From: Lingula anatina
Lineage: Eukaryota; Animalia; Brachiopoda
Direction of reading: 5' to 3'
DNA: 64,000 nucleotides
NCBI GenBank assembly: GCA_051362555.1
Contig: CM120640.1
Span: 2,666,001-2,730,000, forward strand
Part shown: piece by piece, positions 61,101 through 64,000 of the stretch
Numbering within the stretch: the stretch's first letter is position 1
How the letters are laid out: each line of letters begins with the position of its first letter
The notes under the pieces: generated by a model
Databases searched by the model: none
The model's input: only the letters and a program-made list of their open reading frames with translations
What the model was told of the DNA's origin: nothing
Made by a program: the position numbers and the translations under genes

Positions 61101-62653
61101 GACGGAATGTCACTGTCCCTGAATACATCTGTACCAAGCTGTGTCAGTTTATCTGCAACTGATCGATTCCTTAGAAGCCAGGAATCATGCAGATCTCTTA
61201 CTTTGTCAGCTAGGTCCTACAGATGAAATTTACACATTAATTTAAAAATAAATAAAAAGGGAAAAAAAGAAAAAAAATGATAAATAAGAAAAATGTATTT
61301 ACTTCATGAAACTTTATAATTATCATGTTAAAATCATTTACAACCAAAAGAAACCTTCATTCAGAAACTGACACAGAAATTCCCCCATCTAAATCACTAA
61401 TGATAAAACTATCTGACTAACCAAGCCTCATTTAGACAATGCATCATGAAGAATACATCTGTGTTGATTTTGAATCAGTTCAGCAGGACAAAATGTGCAT
61501 GCAAATGATTATTGATTTATCACTGATTGCTTCAATCACAGCAAGCTAGTGCACAATAAATAAGCCTAATGGTGCCAGCACATGGCTTTTTAAATAAGCA
61601 CTACCAGCCACCTTGATTTGTTCTGATAAAAATTGCACTGGGTTAAACAGAAAGCAGAATCACAAACTTTCCTTAATTGATTATCACTAATTTACAGTTG
61701 CAGTATAAAAGCAGCTGCTGTAAGCCTTTATTTCATGACAATTTTTCAAATATTTTTCAAAAATTTTTCTGATATTCTTATATCATACAAGACACTCAAT
61801 TTTATTTTATGCATTGTTAGTAAATGTGTTAATAATGAGGTCCTCCACCGGGATTTGTAATAGTACTACAGAAGCAAATCTGAAAGAACCATTTACCAAT
61901 ATCTTACACCAAACTAAAAGTAAATAACCCATCTGTTGATCTTACTGTAAAATTAATTTCATCTTAGTTTGTTGTTCTTTTTTCTGAAAGCAAAAATTTC
62001 AATAACTTTTCACAGCAAAAGTTCAGTTGCATATTCAGTCCTTGTTCCAGATACTGAAATCAAAATGGGTCTTAAAAATCAAGCATTAAAATTCTACTTA
62101 CTTTATACAAATTCTACTACAGCCTTTAAAAATAAACATAATCAATACGAGACTGTAAACATAAAATATGGTATGCATAAAAAAATGAAATGTTTACATC
62201 ATCAGTGCATCCTCAATTACCTGTGCTGCTTGTTTCTTTACACTGAAATAATCTCCCAACCTCTCACTGACTTGCCTCACCACTTCATTGCCATCTTTCT
62301 TTTCCAAGACATAAGTTGCTGTATCAAATAAAGACTGTGTGACATCTCTCTTTATACCATCACTGGCAAGCTGAAATTATAACAAATACATTTACAATAT
62401 CTGATACTACAATAGGAGATGTCGAAAACTGACATGTTCCAACCAAATATGGACCTAAATGAATTGGGTAAACAGGTGTTTTGAAGACTGATAATCCAGA
62501 GTGGATCCCTACCTGAAGAATATAATTCTGTATGAGCGTGGCCCAGTTCTGTACATCTCCAGAGATGCCAAATTTGGGGTGGACAGCCTGATGGATACCT
62601 TCCACACTGTGTGAGGCCACTGCCAGCAGTATGATCACAGCATTTGGTGACAT
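51283..62653 (-). CDS. VWA and Cache domain protein (CACHD1 / voltage-gated Ca channel alpha2delta-like), ~1183 aa; 21 coding exons: 62653-62513, 62370-62221, 61216-61071, 60738-60586, 60397-60233, 59844-59716, 58788-58660, 58359-58238, 57842-57739, 57448-57195, 56730-56586, 56291-56142, 55839-55729, 55410-55055, 54483-54328, 54008-53794, 53422-53218, 52859-52649, 52433-52295, 52008-51846, 51490-51283
   Basis: Signal peptide; WQYFGS..G..R.YPG; YDPRVRPWY..ATSGPKDVVIILDCSKSM (MIDAS DxSxS); VFVTDG; WTSPYLDAWGLG; GVVGVD; second Cache TYPG..YDPSQRPW..PPYMDAAGVG; hydrophobic C-terminus. Phases are consistent and the total of 3552 nt is divisible by 3. Confidence 0.92.
52079..52120. repeat. (CA)n microsatellite
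   Basis: Direct reading. Confidence 0.95.
54455..54818 (-). repeat. 62-bp minisatellite (6 units) spanning the acceptor of CACHD1-like coding exon 15
   Basis: CTATAGGCTGTGTGATCAGGACATCAGCTCTGGGGATAA repeated at 62-nt spacing. Confidence 0.95.
59044..59749 (-). repeat. ~54-bp minisatellite (13 units) spanning the donor of CACHD1-like coding exon 6
   Basis: GTAGTACTTACTTTCCCACCTCATCCCAGTGACTAGCTC(G/T)AGCACACA repeated; unit length varies with an internal (CA)n. Confidence 0.95.
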
Positions 62654-63134
62654 TGCACTGACCTGAAGTTGAAGTATTGTAAAATCACAATAAAGCCATT
62701 AATGAAATAAATCTTAAAGGTAGCATTATCAATTTATTATTATTTTTATTATTATTATAACTATTGTTGCAGAAATATGTATGCAAAACTCTTCTTTTGA
62801 GAAATAGCACCATAAAAATACCTACAGTTACCGACATTTCTATCAATTGCTTAAACTGAGCAACTCAAGTGTAACAATATAACAATGCAATATACTGATA
62901 AGTACAAGTCCCAATGGCATCGTCTGTGCTCTACATCGGAATCTGTAAGAAATTAGCATTTACAATGACGCTTTCAATTACCGGTAAGCTAAATTCCTAC
63001 CACAAAGCCAGTATTGAAAACGGCACTGTTTTTAAAAAATTACTTCATCTTCTACGCTTTTGCATATTTGCATTTTTATGCAAAACCTAAAATTCTTGAC
63101 ACACTCCAAGAATTATCGACTTTTCCGCGGTCAC

Positions 63135-63416
63135 CTTTCTCTCGTAACCTCATTTCTTCCCGGCTGGTTCTGTTTATGTTTTTAGCCTTACGTCTTTGGG
63201 TGTCGAAGCCTTTGATTGGCCAAAAGGGCATGGCAAATGAAAAAGGCAAGCCAATTGGCTACAAGCTGACCTAGATGCGTTTCAGGAAGTTGCGCACAAG
63301 ACAAAGTTAACATGTGTTGATGGCACAACACATTGCAATATTTTGACATAGATTAGGTTCTCAGTCTTTTTTTGCCGGTAGTCCTAAATTTGACGTTGGC
63401 GAGTGCGGATTAAAAT
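63135..63416. promoter_or_regulatory. Probable non-coding first exon of the CACHD1-like gene plus bidirectional promoter shared with RIOK1
   Basis: An acceptor just upstream of the ATG at 62653 implies a 5' UTR exon. Minus-strand donor AAAG|GTGACC at 63135/63134. CpG-rich; CCAAT boxes (ATTGG ~63215, CCAAT ~63251); CAGGAAGT. Confidence 0.5.
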
Positions 63417-63931
63417 ATGGAAGAGGGACAATTTGATGACGCTGAAGAAGACATCGGGTACGGACATGACATTAATAAAAGTTTATTTACATTTTAAAAT
63501 TACTGGTACATGTGTCTTGGTAAGGTAATAAATTATATATCTTGTAGTACGAATAAACATACTTTAGCAAATTCATCTATACTTTAAGCCAGCATTATAG
63601 TTATTATGAAGAGCAAATAAATGTGCTAGACTCTTTTTTTCTTACTAATTTTGCTTGGAACATCACCATAAACGTTTTCATACTGCATTCATGTTTTTAA
63701 TTTATTCTGTAATTTATTGATTATAATTAAAACTAAATATTAAATCATTGAATAAAGAGGAAATTATTTACACATTCCTACAAGGAAAGAGGAAGTACTA
63801 GTAGGTTGCAGCAGTTGGATGTTGAATAGTGAAATTGAGTTTCTAGATTGTGGAACATTTTAGTTTTACTTTGTTTTATTTTCAATTTGTCAACAGGTAT
63901 GAGAATCAAGATCAGCATTTGAGCAAACAAG
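63417..63931 (+). CDS. RIOK1: 5' end of probable RIO kinase 1; exons 63417-63457 and 63897-63931, continuing beyond the window
   Basis: MEEGQFDDAEEDIG/YENQ...: an N-terminal GQFDDAE motif, the PRMT5-binding motif found at the N-terminus of RIOK1. Splice phases are consistent. The kinase domain is not in the window. Confidence 0.7.
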
Positions 63932-64000
63932 GTATGTATTTTCATAATTTGTTTTGGATTCTTTTGCTGTTAGAATAAATATGCATTTAGTTTTATGATA

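Noticed and set aside
1-64000. tRNA, rRNA, snoRNA genes or an autonomous transposase/RepHel gene
   Set aside because: None recognisable by eye; tRNAscan-SE and Infernal would be needed to exclude small RNAs.

Overview
Eukaryotic (invertebrate, probably lophotrochozoan/mollusc-like) genomic DNA: AT-rich, intron-rich and gene-dense, with no prokaryotic features. Splicing exons by hand (GT-AG, phases checked) gives five complete genes: an AANAT/PAA1-like GNAT acetyltransferase (-), EEF1E1/AIMP3 (+), TMEM65 (-), PPT1 (+) and a 21-coding-exon VWA/Cache alpha2delta/CACHD1-like gene (-). There are two partial genes: the 3' exons of an unidentified acidic protein (+) at the left edge and the 5' exons of probable RIOK1 (+) at the right edge. 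Six genes form three head-to-head pairs separated by about 280 bp. Repeats include four copies of a non-autonomous Helentron/Helitron-like element (HINE) carrying 146-bp satellite arrays, a second HINE family (nested and tandem), a 2.46-kb foldback element, several MITEs, an RTE-like LINE remnant and microsatellites. The most notable observations are: (1) TMEM65 has two intact duplicated alternative last exons and a candidate cassette exon; (2) two minisatellites in the CACHD1-like gene are tandem copies of its own splice donor (13x) and acceptor (6x), where use of the extra sites would meet a stop codon; (3) the HINE satellite unit carries perfect AGGTCA DR1 nuclear-receptor motifs. Gene names rest on recalled family motifs, not on database searches.
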